From contig JANOSY010000002.1 of assembly GCA_031416075.1 (NCBI GenBank), forward strand, positions 1 through 64,000: 64,000 nucleotides of DNA, given 5' to 3'. This document shows, piece by piece, positions 41,487-52,701 of this stretch. Every line of letters starts with the position of its first letter. The stretch's first letter is position 1. The translations under genes were made by a program, and so were the position numbers. The notes beneath the pieces were generated by a model, which was not told the DNA's origin, made no database searches, and saw only the letters and a program-made list of their open reading frames with translations. The DNA comes from Candidatus Tenderia sp. GTDB taxonomy: Bacteria; Pseudomonadota; Gammaproteobacteria; Tenderiales; Tenderiaceae.

Positions 41487-42053
41487 ATGGGTAGCATCAA
41501 GCGGCGCATCGGTGTCGCCGGTATGGCGGTGGTACTGCTGGGCATTGGGTTGCCAGCGGGGGCGGAGGGGCCGGCAGCGCCATTGTCGCGGGACGAACCG
41601 ATCTATATAGAGTCCGACAGCCTTAAAATTGACGATGTAAAAGGCCTCAGCACCTATCAGGGCAGTGTGGTCTTTCGGCAGGGGGCGGCCACGCTCACCG
41701 CGGATACACTGGTGATACAGACCCGTAACCGTAGTGATGTCGAGACCATTGTTGCCAAAGGTACACCGGCCCGTTTTGAACAGCGCTCACCCGAACCCGA
41801 TAAAAGCGCCTCGGGGGAGGCGCTGCGGATTGAGTATGTGGCCCCCAAGTCCCTGGTGATCCTGGATGGACAGGCCCGTTTCCGGCAGGGCGAAAACCAA
41901 TTTTCCGGCAACCGTATTGAGTATGAAGCAGAAAAAAAGATCGTGCGTGCCGGCAAGTCGGTATCCCCCAATGGTGAGGGTGGTCGGGTGAATATCGTAA
42001 TCCAACCGCGCCGTACAACTAACAGTCCGGACAGAGATGCCGTTAAGCCATGA
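41487..42053 (+). CDS. lptA: LPS transport periplasmic protein LptA
   Basis: [25 protein letters not shown] and GRVNIVIQP motifs. Confidence 0.92.
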   Translation: MGSIKRRIGVAGMAVVLLGIGLPAGAEGPAAPLSRDEPIYIESDSLKIDDVKGLSTYQGSVVFRQGAATLTADTLVIQTRNRSDVETIVAKGTPARFEQRSPEPDKSASGEALRIEYVAPKSLVILDGQARFRQGENQFSGNRIEYEAEKKIVRAGKSVSPNGEGGRVNIVIQPRRTTNSPDRDAVKP

Positions 42054-42775
42054 GTCGGTTAGGGGCGGAGAACATCTTCAAGGGGTATCGTGGCCGTTCG
42101 GTGGTCAATGGCGTATCGCTGGAGGTCAATAGCGGTGAAGTGGTGGGGCTGCTGGGGCCTAACGGTGCCGGTAAAACTACCAGCTTTTATATGATTGTGG
42201 GGTTGATTCCCTGTGATACAGGACGACTCTATATCAATGACCGCGATATTACGGCGCTGCCAATGCATGCCCGCGCCCGTCTGGGGATCGGTTACCTGCC
42301 GCAGGAGGCGTCGGTTTTTCGCAAGCTGAGTGTGGTGGATAACATCATGGCGATCCTTCAGACCCAGCGTGGGTTAACTGTCCAGCAGCGTGATGAGATG
42401 CTGGAGGGGTTGTTGGGTGAGCTGCACATCGGCCACATTCGCAGCTCCTTAGGCATGAGTCTCTCCGGCGGGGAGCGGCGGCGTGTGGAGATTGCCCGTG
42501 CGTTGGCGATGAGGCCCGATTTTATTCTGCTGGACGAGCCGTTTGCCGGGGTTGATCCGATTTCGGTGATCGACATTCAGCGCATTATCAGTCAGCTACA
42601 GGAGAAGGGGATTGGTGTGTTGATCACGGATCACAATGTTCGGGAGACGCTGGGGATCTGCCAGCGGGCTTACATTATGAGCGAGGGGCGGGTGATTGCC
42701 CAAGGGACGCCGGACGAGGTTTTGGCTAACGAACAGGTGCGTAATGTTTATCTGGGTGAGCACTTTCGACTCTAA
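42050..42775 (+). CDS. lptB: LPS export ABC ATPase LptB
   Basis: [24 protein letters not shown] and [10 protein letters not shown] motifs. Confidence 0.97.
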   Translation: MSRLGAENIFKGYRGRSVVNGVSLEVNSGEVVGLLGPNGAGKTTSFYMIVGLIPCDTGRLYINDRDITALPMHARARLGIGYLPQEASVFRKLSVVDNIMAILQTQRGLTVQQRDEMLEGLLGELHIGHIRSSLGMSLSGGERRRVEIARALAMRPDFILLDEPFAGVDPISVIDIQRIISQLQEKGIGVLITDHNVRETLGICQRAYIMSEGRVIAQGTPDEVLANEQVRNVYLGEHFRL

Positions 42776-42880
42776 AATTCTAGACTGTATCCTGCCGATA
42801 ACTACGGTAGACTCCGCTTCTTATCCGACGATTGTCCACTTTATGAGTGGGAAATCGCAGTATTGAGATAACGCTGACAC

Positions 42881-44410
42881 ATGAAACAAACACTTCAACT
42901 TCGTCTTGGACAACAGCTGACCATGACGCCACAACTGCAGCAGGCGATCCGCCTGTTGCAGTTGTCGACGCTTGATCTACAGGCCGAGATTCAGGAGGCG
43001 CTGGAGAGCAATCCGCTGCTGGAGGTCAATGAACATGCGGCTCCGGCAGATGGTTCAGATGACCATTGGGAGAATGGTGACATCCAGGAGAGTTCTACCG
43101 ATTACAACTCCGCCAGTGAACATGAGTCGTCGCCAGAGGTGCCCACCACAACGGCCAGCCAGGACTCGGCGGTGGATCTGCAGGCAACTGAAATGCCTGA
43201 TGAGCTGCCTGTCGATAGTAACTGGGAAGATGTTTACGATAGCGTCCTGCCCAGTGGCAGCGCCAGCAGCTCGGGTGATGATGACTACCGTGGGTTTGAA
43301 AATCAAGGCGATGGCGGCGAAAGCCTGCAGGAGCATCTGTTATGGCAGATGCGACTCACCCCGTTTAGTGATCTGGATATGCAGATTGCCGAAACAATCA
43401 TCGATTCCATTAACGAGGAGGGGTATCTCAGTAGCACTCTTAAGGATATCTGCTCCAGCTTGATACTGGATGAGGGGATTGAGGTTGAGTTGGATGAGAT
43501 CGAGGCGGTATTGCATCGCATCCAGAACTTTGACCCCGTGGGTGTCGGGGCCCGTGATCTGCGGGAGTGTCTGTTGTTACAGTTACAGACGCTGGATCGT
43601 GAGATGCCGGAGGTTGAGGCGGCCATGGTCCTGGTCAGTGAGCATATCGATCTGCTTGGTGGTCGCGACTATAACCAGATTATGCGAAAGATGAAGCTGA
43701 GCCGTGAGCAGCTGCAGGAGGCAATCCTGGTGATACAGGGGGTCAACCCCCGTCCGGGCAACAGCATCGACACCACCAAGGCGGAATATATCGTCCCCGA
43801 TGTTTTTGTAAAAAAGGTCAATGAGACCTGGCGGGTTGAGCTGAATGTGGATGCGATGCCACGCCTGCGTGTGAATGCCCAGTACGCCGGGCTGATTCGC
43901 CGGGCGGATAACAGCAGTGACAATACCTACCTGCGTAATCAGCTGCAGGAGGCGCGCTGGTTTATTAAAAGTCTCTCCAGCCGCAATGAGACACTGCTCA
44001 AAGTGGCCACCGCGATTGTTGAGCGGCAGCGCGGTTTTCTGGAGTTTGGCGAAGAGGCGATGAAGGCACTGGTATTACATGCCATTGCTGAAGAGCTGGG
44101 CATGCATGAGTCGACCATCTCGCGGGTGACCACTAAAAAATATATGCACACCCCGCGTGGTATTTTTGAGTTGAAATACTTTTTCTCCAGCCATGTCAGC
44201 ACAGCCGAGGGGGGCGAGTGCTCCTCCACGGCAATTCGTGCCTTGATCAAAAAACTGGTGGCGGCTGAAAATCAGGTTAAACCACTGAGTGACAGCAAAA
44301 TTGCCCAGATTCTGGAGGATGAAGGGATTCACATTGCACGTCGAACAGTTGCCAAGTATCGGGAGGCGCTCTCGATTCCACCCTCTAACGAGCGAAAGCG
44401 GCTGGTATAG
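42881..44410 (+). CDS. rpoN: RNA polymerase sigma-54 factor
   Basis: [23 protein letters not shown] and RpoN box [10 protein letters not shown]. Confidence 0.98.
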   Translation: MKQTLQLRLGQQLTMTPQLQQAIRLLQLSTLDLQAEIQEALESNPLLEVNEHAAPADGSDDHWENGDIQESSTDYNSASEHESSPEVPTTTASQDSAVDLQATEMPDELPVDSNWEDVYDSVLPSGSASSSGDDDYRGFENQGDGGESLQEHLLWQMRLTPFSDLDMQIAETIIDSINEEGYLSSTLKDICSSLILDEGIEVELDEIEAVLHRIQNFDPVGVGARDLRECLLLQLQTLDREMPEVEAAMVLVSEHIDLLGGRDYNQIMRKMKLSREQLQEAILVIQGVNPRPGNSIDTTKAEYIVPDVFVKKVNETWRVELNVDAMPRLRVNAQYAGLIRRADNSSDNTYLRNQLQEARWFIKSLSSRNETLLKVATAIVERQRGFLEFGEEAMKALVLHAIAEELGMHESTISRVTTKKYMHTPRGIFELKYFFSSHVSTAEGGECSSTAIRALIKKLVAAENQVKPLSDSKIAQILEDEGIHIARRTVAKYREALSIPPSNERKRLV

Positions 44411-44437
44411 CGCGGTATAGCAGGTAAAAAGAGCAAA

Positions 44438-44920
44438 ATGGAAATCTCAGCATTATTGACCGTCCCGAACATCCATTGTGACGTGGCCGTTAGCAGTAAA
44501 AAGCGTGCGATGGATGTATTGAGTGCGCTGTTGGTGGGTGCGGGGGCGCCCTTGTCAGAGTCGGATATATTTAACGGTCTGATTGCCCGCGAGCGGTTGG
44601 GCAGCACCGGGTTGGGCCATGGCATTGCCATTCCCCATGGCCGCTTTGGTACGCTGACACAGGCGATAGCCATACTGGTACGGTTTGCAGAGCCGGTGGA
44701 TTACGACGCGGTTGACGGTGAGCCGGTTGATCTGGTGGTGGCGCTGATGGTGCCGGAGCAGTCCACGGAGGAGCATCTGCAGCTGCTGGCGGCCCTGGCA
44801 GAGATGTTCAGCGACGCCGCCACACGTCGCGAACTGCGCCAGACAACCACACCTGCGGGCCTCTCTGCCGTGGTGGAGAAGTGGTCGTCGGCACACCGTC
44901 AGGCAGGTCAGCAGGCATAG
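44438..44920 (+). CDS. ptsN: PTS EIIA(Ntr)
   Basis: RERLGSTGLGHGIAIPH motif. Confidence 0.92.
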   Translation: MEISALLTVPNIHCDVAVSSKKRAMDVLSALLVGAGAPLSESDIFNGLIARERLGSTGLGHGIAIPHGRFGTLTQAIAILVRFAEPVDYDAVDGEPVDLVVALMVPEQSTEEHLQLLAALAEMFSDAATRRELRQTTTPAGLSAVVEKWSSAHRQAGQQA

Positions 44921-44926
44921 TCGCCT

Positions 44927-45502
44927 ATGGCTCAACAACCCATTTTTGTCCCCCCAGTGGGCGAGGTCGATGAGGTTGCCACGCTCCACGGTACACTGGT
45001 TGAGGTGTTGGGCATGGGGGTGCTGCTGACCGGTAGCAGTGGTTGCGGCAAGAGCGATCTGGCGCTGGGACTGGTGGATCGGGGGCACCGTCTGGTCGCC
45101 GATGACCAGGTGGCTTTCAGGGTTGTTAACGGTCAGCTGGTGGGGAGTAGCCCGCTAGGCGGGGCTGGTTTTATCGAGATTCATGGCCTGGGGGTGGTAA
45201 ACTTGGCGCGCCTTTACGGCGAACAGGTGCTCTGTCAGGCGTTGCCGCTGGGGCTGGTGCTGGCACTTAAAACGGCGGATGATGTGCCACGGGTGCTGGG
45301 CGAGCGCCTCCATTGTCAGCAGCGTGACTGGGCATATTTGGGAGTCAGTGTGAAAGAGGTGCTGTTACCCTGTGGTCGGGGCCGTGATCTGCCACTTTTG
45401 GTTGAGACCACGGTGCGCCTGAGTCGCCACTGGCAGCAGGGACATGATGATGCAGCTGAGTTTGAAGTGAAGTTGAGTGCCTTTTGGGAGGGGCGGCCAT
45501 GA
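44927..45502 (+). CDS. hprK: short HPr kinase/phosphorylase (kinase domain only)
   Basis: LHGTLV...GSSGCGKS...GHRLVADD and EIHGLG motifs; 191 aa. Confidence 0.8.
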   Translation: MAQQPIFVPPVGEVDEVATLHGTLVEVLGMGVLLTGSSGCGKSDLALGLVDRGHRLVADDQVAFRVVNGQLVGSSPLGGAGFIEIHGLGVVNLARLYGEQVLCQALPLGLVLALKTADDVPRVLGERLHCQQRDWAYLGVSVKEVLLPCGRGRDLPLLVETTVRLSRHWQQGHDDAAEFEVKLSAFWEGRP

Positions 45503-46356
45503 AACTGGTGATTGTTAGCGGCCTGTCGGGTTCTGGTAAAAGTGTGGTTTTACACACCCTGGAAGATCTTTCGTTTTACTGCATCGACAACCTGCCGCTG
45601 AGCCTGCTGAAAGAGTTTGCCACCCAGATGGCGCAAGGTGCGCTGGGTGAGTATCAGCGTGCTGCGGTGGGGATTGATGCCCGTAACCTGAATAATGACT
45701 TTGGCAGTTTTGCGGATCTTATATCGCAGATTCGCGGCTTGGGGCTGGCCTGTGAAATCATCTTTTTACAGGCGGATGACAATACACTGATCAAACGGTT
45801 TAGCGAAACACGCCGTAAACACCCACTCACCAAGGCGGGAATATCCCTGGCGGAGGCGATCAAGCAGGAGCGCAAACTGCTGGGGGGGGTATCGATCAAC
45901 GCCGATTGGTGCATCGATAGCAGCAGCACCAACATCCACCAGCTGCGCGACATCATTCGCGCCCAGATGTTGAGTGACAGTAAAAGCCTGACCTTGACCT
46001 TCCTCTCCTTTGGTTTTAAACACGGTATTCCGGTGGATGCGGACTTTGTCTTTGACGTCCGCTGTCTGCCCAATCCCCATTGGGATCCGCAGCTGCGGGC
46101 GTTGACCGGGATATCCAGGGAGGTACAGCTGTTTCTTGATAAAGAGCCTGATGTGAATGAGATGTATCAGGATATTCAACGTTTTCTGGAGCGCTGGATA
46201 CCGGCGTTTCAGGCCGATAACCGCACCTACATGACCGTTGCGATTGGCTGTACCGGCGGTCAGCACCGTTCGGTCTATCTTGCCAAACGGCTGCATGACC
46301 ACTTCTCTTCATTTGATTTTGATGTGCTGCTGCGGCATCGAGAGTTATCGCAGTGA
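45499..46356 (+). CDS. rapZ: RNase adapter RapZ
   Basis: SGLSGSGKS, RFSETRRKHPL, SFGFKHG and GCTGGQHRSV motifs. Confidence 0.96.
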   Translation: MKLVIVSGLSGSGKSVVLHTLEDLSFYCIDNLPLSLLKEFATQMAQGALGEYQRAAVGIDARNLNNDFGSFADLISQIRGLGLACEIIFLQADDNTLIKRFSETRRKHPLTKAGISLAEAIKQERKLLGGVSINADWCIDSSSTNIHQLRDIIRAQMLSDSKSLTLTFLSFGFKHGIPVDADFVFDVRCLPNPHWDPQLRALTGISREVQLFLDKEPDVNEMYQDIQRFLERWIPAFQADNRTYMTVAIGCTGGQHRSVYLAKRLHDHFSSFDFDVLLRHRELSQ

Positions 46357-46751
46357 CCACCGGACTGTTGATTATCAGCCACGAGACGGTGGGTGGCTCA
46401 TTAGCCGATACCGCATCACTGATGCTGGAGATGTGCCCGATGGCACTGGAGCTGCTGCCGGTTTCGCCTGGTTGTGTTCCGGAGTCGCTTTACGACAAGG
46501 CGCTGGCGGCGGTGCGACGTCTCGAACGGGGCAGTGGTGTGCTGGTATTGACTGATATGTATGGCTCAACGCCCAGCAACGTGGCTAACCGTCTTGCCAG
46601 TGAGTCCAATGTGATGGTGGTTGCCGGATTAAATCTGCCAATGTTGGTGCGGGTGTTTAACTATCCGGATCTGCCGCTGATGGAGTTGGCACATAAGGCG
46701 CTCAGTGGTGGCCGAGACGGTATTTTTATTTGTGAAACGGATAGCCTGTGA
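46353..46751 (+). CDS. PTS mannose/fructose-type EIIA
   Basis: LLIISH, VLTDMYGSTPSN and GLNLPML motifs. Confidence 0.9.
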   Translation: MTTGLLIISHETVGGSLADTASLMLEMCPMALELLPVSPGCVPESLYDKALAAVRRLERGSGVLVLTDMYGSTPSNVANRLASESNVMVVAGLNLPMLVRVFNYPDLPLMELAHKALSGGRDGIFICETDSL

Positions 46752-47017
46752 TTAATAGAACGGTGGAAATAGTAAACAAGTTGGGGTTGCATGCCCGTGC
46801 CGCCTCTAAGTTTGTGAAAACGGCATCGGGGTTTGCCAGTGAAATTACCATGTGTAAAGGGAGTCGTAGTGCTAATGGTAAAAGCATTATGGGGGTGATG
46901 ATGCTTGCTGCCAGTCGTGGTTCGATGTTGGCGCTGACGGCGGATGGCCCGGATGAAGAGCAGGCGATGGCGGCACTGGAACAGCTGGTAGCGGAGCGTT
47001 TTGGAGAGGCGGAGTAG
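46748..47017 (+). CDS. HPr/NPr phosphocarrier
   Basis: NKLGLHARA and GKSIMGVMMLAA motifs. Confidence 0.95.
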   Translation: MINRTVEIVNKLGLHARAASKFVKTASGFASEITMCKGSRSANGKSIMGVMMLAASRGSMLALTADGPDEEQAMAALEQLVAERFGEAE

Positions 47018-47216
47018 TTGAAGTTAAGTTAAGAATGGTTTAATAATGCACAGCTATTGCTGAGCACCTAAGGGGCACACATGGATTATCAGGGATCTGG
47101 GTCGTTGCCACTTTGTAGTAATGCCGTGTTGTGGCTCCATGGCGATTGTGAAGGGGGAGCTATCCCCGCTGCCTGTGAAGTTGGGTTGTTTCTAATCGTG
47201 CGTCAGGGTTAACGGG

Positions 47217-48956
47217 GTGGCGACACTTGGCCTTAAAGGGGTAGGGGTCTCGCGTGGCATTGCCATGGGCCAGGCGCATCTACTGCAACGTAACCAGCCC
47301 AGTACACGTGAATACCTGATTGAAGCGCACCTGGTTGAGGCGGAGGTTGACCGTTTTAACCGGGCCCTGGCGGTCGCGCAGCAACATCTGATCACGATAC
47401 GTGACAGAATGCCGCAGAACACACCTGTTGATATCGCCTCTTTTTTTGATACACATCTGCTGATGATGGCGGATAAGGCCATCTCCCAAAAACCTATCGA
47501 AGTGATTCGTCAACGTGGCTGTAACGCTGAGTGGGCACTGAAGTTGCAGCGCGATGCGCTGGTGGCGGTGTTTGAGGCGATGGACGATCCCTATCTACGC
47601 ACCCGTAAGGATGACGTTAACCATGCGGTTAACTGCATTCAGCGGATCCTGCTGAACCAGAGCGAACGTCTGCCCAGTGCCGGTGATGGGCGTCTGGAGG
47701 GACGTATTGTTATTGCTGATGATCTGGCCCCGGCGGATACGGTCATGCTTCAGCATGAAGGGGTTGTGGCCTTTGTAACCGAGTATGGCGGCCCCACCTC
47801 CCATACCACGATTTTGGCGCGCAGCTTGGGCATTCCTGCTGTGGTGGGGGTTAAAAATGTGCTGCGTTACCTGGGGCAGGGGGAGCATCTGGTGGTAGAT
47901 GGCCACCATGGTGTGGTGATTGCTGGTGCTGATGAGCGCAGCATCCGCCATTACCGCCATCGCCAGACCCAGGAGCGTCACGATTCGGCCGAACTGAACA
48001 AGTTTAAGGAGCTGCCTGCCGTCAGCCACGATGGTGTGGTGGTTACGCTGCTTGCCAACGTTGAGTTACCTGAGGATATGGTGATGTTGGCGCGGGTGGC
48101 GGCAAAAGGGGTGGGGCTGTACCGCACTGAATATCTCTTCATGAACCGAACTGAGTTGCCTGATGAAGAGGAGCAACTCAGCTCCTATCGTAATATCGTT
48201 TTGGCGCTTAAGGGTGCGCCGTTGACGATCCGCACCCTTGATCTGGGGGTGGACAAAGAGCTGCACTCGGAACGACGTGGCGTCGTGCCGACCATTTCAG
48301 CGCTGGGGTTGCGGGCGATTCGCCTCTGTTTGCGTGACCCCGCGCTCTTCAAACCACAACTGCGGGCAATTTTACGGGTGGCGGCCGAGGGGCCGGTGAG
48401 CATGATGCTGCCGATGTTGTCGAGTATGCAGGAGCTGCATCAGGCGCTGGAACTGGTCGAGCAGGCCAAGCAGGAGCTGCGTCGCGAGGGCAAATCCTTT
48501 GATGCCAATATTGAGATTGGTGGCATGATCGAGGTGCCTGCGGCGGCGCTCTGTGCCGATGCCTTTGCCAGATATCTCGACTTTTTCTCTATTGGTACCA
48601 ATGATCTGGTGCAGTATACGCTGGCCGCAGACCGTCTTGATAACGCGGTTAACTATCTCTACCAGCCCACCCACCCGGCGGTATTGCGGTTGATCAGCAT
48701 GGCGATCAAAGCGGGGCATAAAGCGGGTATCCCGGTCTCCATGTGTGGGGAGATGGCGGGGGAGCCGCGTTATACCCGGTTGCTGTTAGGGTTGGGATTG
48801 CGCCATTTCAGCATGCAGCCAGTGATGGTGCCGGAGGTGAAGCGCATTGTGCAGGAGAGTGATGTTGGTGAGCTGGCCAAAAAGGTGCGGGGTGTACTGC
48901 AGCTCCCCTCCATGGTTGAGGTTGAGACGTTGGTAGAGCGCCTGAACAGCCGTTAA
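47217..48956 (+). CDS. ptsI: PEP-protein phosphotransferase (Enzyme I, no GAF domain)
   Basis: TSHTTILARS, GLYRTE, SIGTNDLVQY and CGEMAG motifs. Confidence 0.93.
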   Translation: MATLGLKGVGVSRGIAMGQAHLLQRNQPSTREYLIEAHLVEAEVDRFNRALAVAQQHLITIRDRMPQNTPVDIASFFDTHLLMMADKAISQKPIEVIRQRGCNAEWALKLQRDALVAVFEAMDDPYLRTRKDDVNHAVNCIQRILLNQSERLPSAGDGRLEGRIVIADDLAPADTVMLQHEGVVAFVTEYGGPTSHTTILARSLGIPAVVGVKNVLRYLGQGEHLVVDGHHGVVIAGADERSIRHYRHRQTQERHDSAELNKFKELPAVSHDGVVVTLLANVELPEDMVMLARVAAKGVGLYRTEYLFMNRTELPDEEEQLSSYRNIVLALKGAPLTIRTLDLGVDKELHSERRGVVPTISALGLRAIRLCLRDPALFKPQLRAILRVAAEGPVSMMLPMLSSMQELHQALELVEQAKQELRREGKSFDANIEIGGMIEVPAAALCADAFARYLDFFSIGTNDLVQYTLAADRLDNAVNYLYQPTHPAVLRLISMAIKAGHKAGIPVSMCGEMAGEPRYTRLLLGLGLRHFSMQPVMVPEVKRIVQESDVGELAKKVRGVLQLPSMVEVETLVERLNSR

Positions 48957-49065
48957 ACAGGTTCGTAAACAATCTTCTGTTTCTTAATTAAGGGGTGGCG
49001 CTAAGCGTCTATTCCCCTTAGAATTCCGGCAACCACTTTGCCTTCTGACGTGATGATTGCCGCTG

Positions 49066-50424
49066 ATGCCTGACTCCCCTGATAACGAACAGTCACAGAC
49101 GCGCCTGCAACGGTTTGCCAAGGCGTTGGCGAGTGGCCGTCTGGTCAATATCAGGCGCATGGTCAACGAACTCTACCCTGCTGAAATCGCCCACCTGCTG
49201 GAGTCACTGCATCCCAGCGAGCGGGAACTGGTCTGGGAGCTGGTGGAGCCGGAGAAGGATGGTGAGGTACTCACTTACGTCAATGATGATGTACGCGCCA
49301 AACTCATCCGGCAGATGGCACCGGCCGAGCTGGTGGCTGCTGCCGAGACCATGGAGACGGATGATCTGGCCGATCTGCTCCAGGATCTGCCCGACATTGT
49401 GATCCAGGAGGTGCTGGCCTCGATGGGCAGCCAGGATCGTGAGCGGCTGGAGACGATGCTGGCCTATTCAGAGGACACCGCGGGGGGTCTGATGAATATC
49501 GATACTATCACCGTGCGCCCTAATGTGACGCTGGACGTGGTGCTGCGGTATCTGCGGCTGCGTGGTGAAATCCCGCCCATGACCGACTATCTGGTGGTGG
49601 TCAACCGGGCTGACCGTTATATCGGCCTGCTCTCCATCTCTGACCTGCTGACAAAAGATCCAAGTCTGAGTGTGGGGCGGGTGATGGAGAAGGATATCGA
49701 TCCTATTCCCGCCCTGATGACAGCACGTGAGGTGGCAGAGATATTTGAGTTCCGCGACCTGATCTCCGCTCCCGTAGTGGATGATGATGGCAAACTGCTA
49801 GGCCGTATCACCATCGATGACGTGGTTGATGTGATTCGTGACGAGGCCGAACACTCGATCATGAGCATGGCCGGTATGGATGAAGAGGATGACATCTTTG
49901 CCCCGGTGGTCACCAGCTCACGGCGGCGTGGTATCTGGCTAGGCATCAATCTGCTCACCGCCTTTCTCGCCTCCTGGGTGATTGGTCTCTTTGAGGCCAC
50001 CATCGAACAGATTGTGGCGCTGGCGGTACTGATGCCAATTGTGGCCAGTATGGGCGGCATTGCCGGCAGTCAGACACTGACTCTGGTGATCCGTGGGATG
50101 GCCTTGGGTTATATTGACTCTGCCAACGCTAAACGGATATTGATCAAAGAGTTGGCTGTAGGGGCGTTAAATGGTCTGCTCTGGGCGCTGGTGGTTGGGG
50201 TGGTGGCCGGGTTCTGGTTTAGTGATATCAGGATTGGTCTGATTATCGGTGTTGCAATGATGATTAATCTGGTCATGGCGGCGCTGGCGGGGGCCACAAT
50301 CCCGCTGTTAATGCGCCGTTTTGGTGTCGATCCGGCACTCTCCTCATCAGTGGTATTAACCACCGTGACGGATGTGGTGGGCTTCTCCGTCTTTTTAGGT
50401 TTGGCAACACTGCTGCTGCTTTAA
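49066..50424 (+). CDS. mgtE: magnesium transporter MgtE
   Basis: EDTAGGLM, CBS pair, MPIVASMGGIAGSQ and TTVTDVVG motifs. Confidence 0.96.
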   Translation: MPDSPDNEQSQTRLQRFAKALASGRLVNIRRMVNELYPAEIAHLLESLHPSERELVWELVEPEKDGEVLTYVNDDVRAKLIRQMAPAELVAAAETMETDDLADLLQDLPDIVIQEVLASMGSQDRERLETMLAYSEDTAGGLMNIDTITVRPNVTLDVVLRYLRLRGEIPPMTDYLVVVNRADRYIGLLSISDLLTKDPSLSVGRVMEKDIDPIPALMTAREVAEIFEFRDLISAPVVDDDGKLLGRITIDDVVDVIRDEAEHSIMSMAGMDEEDDIFAPVVTSSRRRGIWLGINLLTAFLASWVIGLFEATIEQIVALAVLMPIVASMGGIAGSQTLTLVIRGMALGYIDSANAKRILIKELAVGALNGLLWALVVGVVAGFWFSDIRIGLIIGVAMMINLVMAALAGATIPLLMRRFGVDPALSSSVVLTTVTDVVGFSVFLGLATLLLL

Positions 50425-50535
50425 TCTGGTCTATATATGTGGACCACCCTGTGGCGGGTGAAAAACCGTTGGTGAATTGTCTGATTTGGCCGATACCTTG
50501 AGTACGTCAGTGGCCATTAAAGAACGGATGATCGA

Positions 50536-51747
50536 ATGCCTGATATTTTTATTGCCCGTCAACCTATCTACAACCGTACACAACATGTGCTGGGTTATGA
50601 GCTGTTGTATCGCTCCGATGATGAAAATCGTGCCAAGCTTCCAGAAGGGGATGTGGCAACCTCACAAACACTGCTTAACGCCTTTACCGAGATTGGCGCC
50701 GACAGCCTGGTGGGCAGCCGACTGGCGTTTATTAACCTCTCCCGCGGTTTTTTGATCGGTACCTATCCGTTACCCCTGCCAAATGATCGGGTTGTGATTG
50801 AGGTGTTGGAGAGTATTGATATTGATGACGAGTTGATTGAAAGCATCAAACGGCTTGCCCAACAAGGGTATACCATTGCACTGGATAATTTTGTCTACCG
50901 TGAAGCGGCCCTGCCACTACTGGCGCTGGTGCATATTATCAAGATCGATATTCAGGCGATGTCTGAAGATACGCTCCGTTACCACGTGGTTGCGCTCAGT
51001 GACTACCCCCATCTCAAGCTGCTGGCTGAGAAGGTGGAAGCGTACGAGGAGTATGAGGTTTGTCGTGATCTGGGTTTTCACTACTTTCAGGGCTATTTTT
51101 TCTCCCGCCCCAAAATCATCAAACGCAAACGGCTGCCGGGTAACCAGATAGCGCTGATCAAGCTGCTGGCCGAGCTACAGCATCCGGATGTCACCGTTCC
51201 TAAACTTGAAATCTTAATTAGCCACGATGTTGGGCTGAGCTATAAACTGCTGCGTTATATCAACTCCTCGTTTTTCGGGCTGCCAAAACCCATCGACTCA
51301 ATCCAGCGTGCGGTGGTTTTTTTGGGCACCAACGTGATCAAACGCTGGGCTACTCTGTTAATACTGTCACGTTTTGATGATAAACCGGTGGAGCTGATGG
51401 TGACCGCCGTTGTCCGTGCCAAGATGAGTGAACTTCTGGCCAAGGCTATGGGTTATCCCTCTGATGATCTCTGTTTTACCGTGGGGCTGCTCTCCGTGCT
51501 GGATGCCTTGCTCGATATGGAGATGGAGAACGTGCTTGAAATGCTCTCTATGTCTGAAGAGGTAAATAGTGCCCTGGCCAGCCATGAAGGGATTCCCGGC
51601 AATATCCTGGCCATGGTACTGCACTACGAGTCGAGCGAGTGGGACGAAGTACTGCATAGCGAACTGCCACGGGAAGTGATTATGGACGCCTATCTGCAAT
51701 CGATAGCCTGGGCCACCGAGACCTGTCGCATCCTCATTGGTGATTAA
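50536..51747 (+). CDS. EAL-HDOD (YuxH-like) signalling protein
   Basis: ARQPI...GYELLYR, LLAEKVE and FQGYFF, followed by HDOD (LSYKLLRYINS). Confidence 0.9.
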   Translation: MPDIFIARQPIYNRTQHVLGYELLYRSDDENRAKLPEGDVATSQTLLNAFTEIGADSLVGSRLAFINLSRGFLIGTYPLPLPNDRVVIEVLESIDIDDELIESIKRLAQQGYTIALDNFVYREAALPLLALVHIIKIDIQAMSEDTLRYHVVALSDYPHLKLLAEKVEAYEEYEVCRDLGFHYFQGYFFSRPKIIKRKRLPGNQIALIKLLAELQHPDVTVPKLEILISHDVGLSYKLLRYINSSFFGLPKPIDSIQRAVVFLGTNVIKRWATLLILSRFDDKPVELMVTAVVRAKMSELLAKAMGYPSDDLCFTVGLLSVLDALLDMEMENVLEMLSMSEEVNSALASHEGIPGNILAMVLHYESSEWDEVLHSELPREVIMDAYLQSIAWATETCRILIGD

Positions 51748-51919
51748 CGGCCGCCACGGTGCAGCAGATCTTCGAAATCCGCCAGCTACATCCATCCCGC
51801 TTTACCAATAAAGCTAAGCGTGCGTTATGCTCCCACAAACCAAAATCCTATCATGCAGCCACGTAATGTTGGCTGCCGCTGCATTTGTCTGTGAAATTAT
51901 TTAGGAAAGGTAGCGCAGG

Positions 51920-52332
51920 ATGATTGACAACTACTGTGAACGACTCGGGCCGGGCCTGTGGGCAGAGCCACTTAATGCGCTGAGTAATCTGTCGTTCCTG
52001 ATCGCCGCGTTTGTGGCGTGGCGACTGTTGCAGCGCGGTGCGGCGGTAGATGGCAGCCATAAAATTCTGGTGCTGCTCATCGCCACCATCGGTATTGGCA
52101 GTGGCCTGTTTCATACCTACGCCACAGTGTGGGCCAAGTGGTGGGTGGTTTTCACTATCTATCAAATCAGAATGGACGTTTATCACTACTGCTTGGTGCG
52201 GCAGTGTTTTGTCTCTCGCTGGGGTTTAGAACCGCAGATGCAGCCATGTGTGAATCGATAGCCGTCGGCACGCACTTTATGTGGCATCTATTAAACGGTG
52301 TGGTGTTGTATCTGTTTGGTGGTTGCGCGTAG
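51920..52332 (+). pseudogene. ceramidase-like membrane protein, internally deleted and frameshifted
   Basis: N-terminal YCER...WAEPLNALSN and GSGLFH in one frame; C-terminal FRTAD...GTHFMWHLLNG in another; central part absent. Confidence 0.75.
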
Positions 52333-52355
52333 AGCGGCGTAGGTTGTAAAGCCAC

Positions 52356-52680
52356 TAGGATGGGTGGAGTGCAGCGTAACCCATCATTCCCGATAACAGG
52401 TCACGCAAACCATTGGTCATGGTGCTTCAATATTCATCCTGTATATTTTGATGTCAGTGCTGATGGGTTACATTTCATTTCACCCATCCTACGCGCTTCA
52501 TTTGATACGACCTGGCACCGATAGATGTTGATGTTTAAGAAAGTAGAAGGATAGTGTTGCCGCAGAAATAGGATGTGCCGACGCAGGAGGCGCATCAGTC
52601 GAGTAACTCGAACGATGCGCTTCGTACCTCAGCGCATCCTATGGACTATCCCGGATTCCGTTTCACTTCATCCGGGCTTG
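52356..52680. repeat. cluster of REP elements from three families
   Basis: TAGGATGGGT...ACCCATCCTAC pair (52356-52492); TAGGATGTGC...GCGCATCCTA pair (52569-52643); CCCGGATT...ATCCGGG single (52650-52678). Confidence 0.8.
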
Positions 52681-52701
52681 CTGTGGATTGATAACGGGTA
52701 A

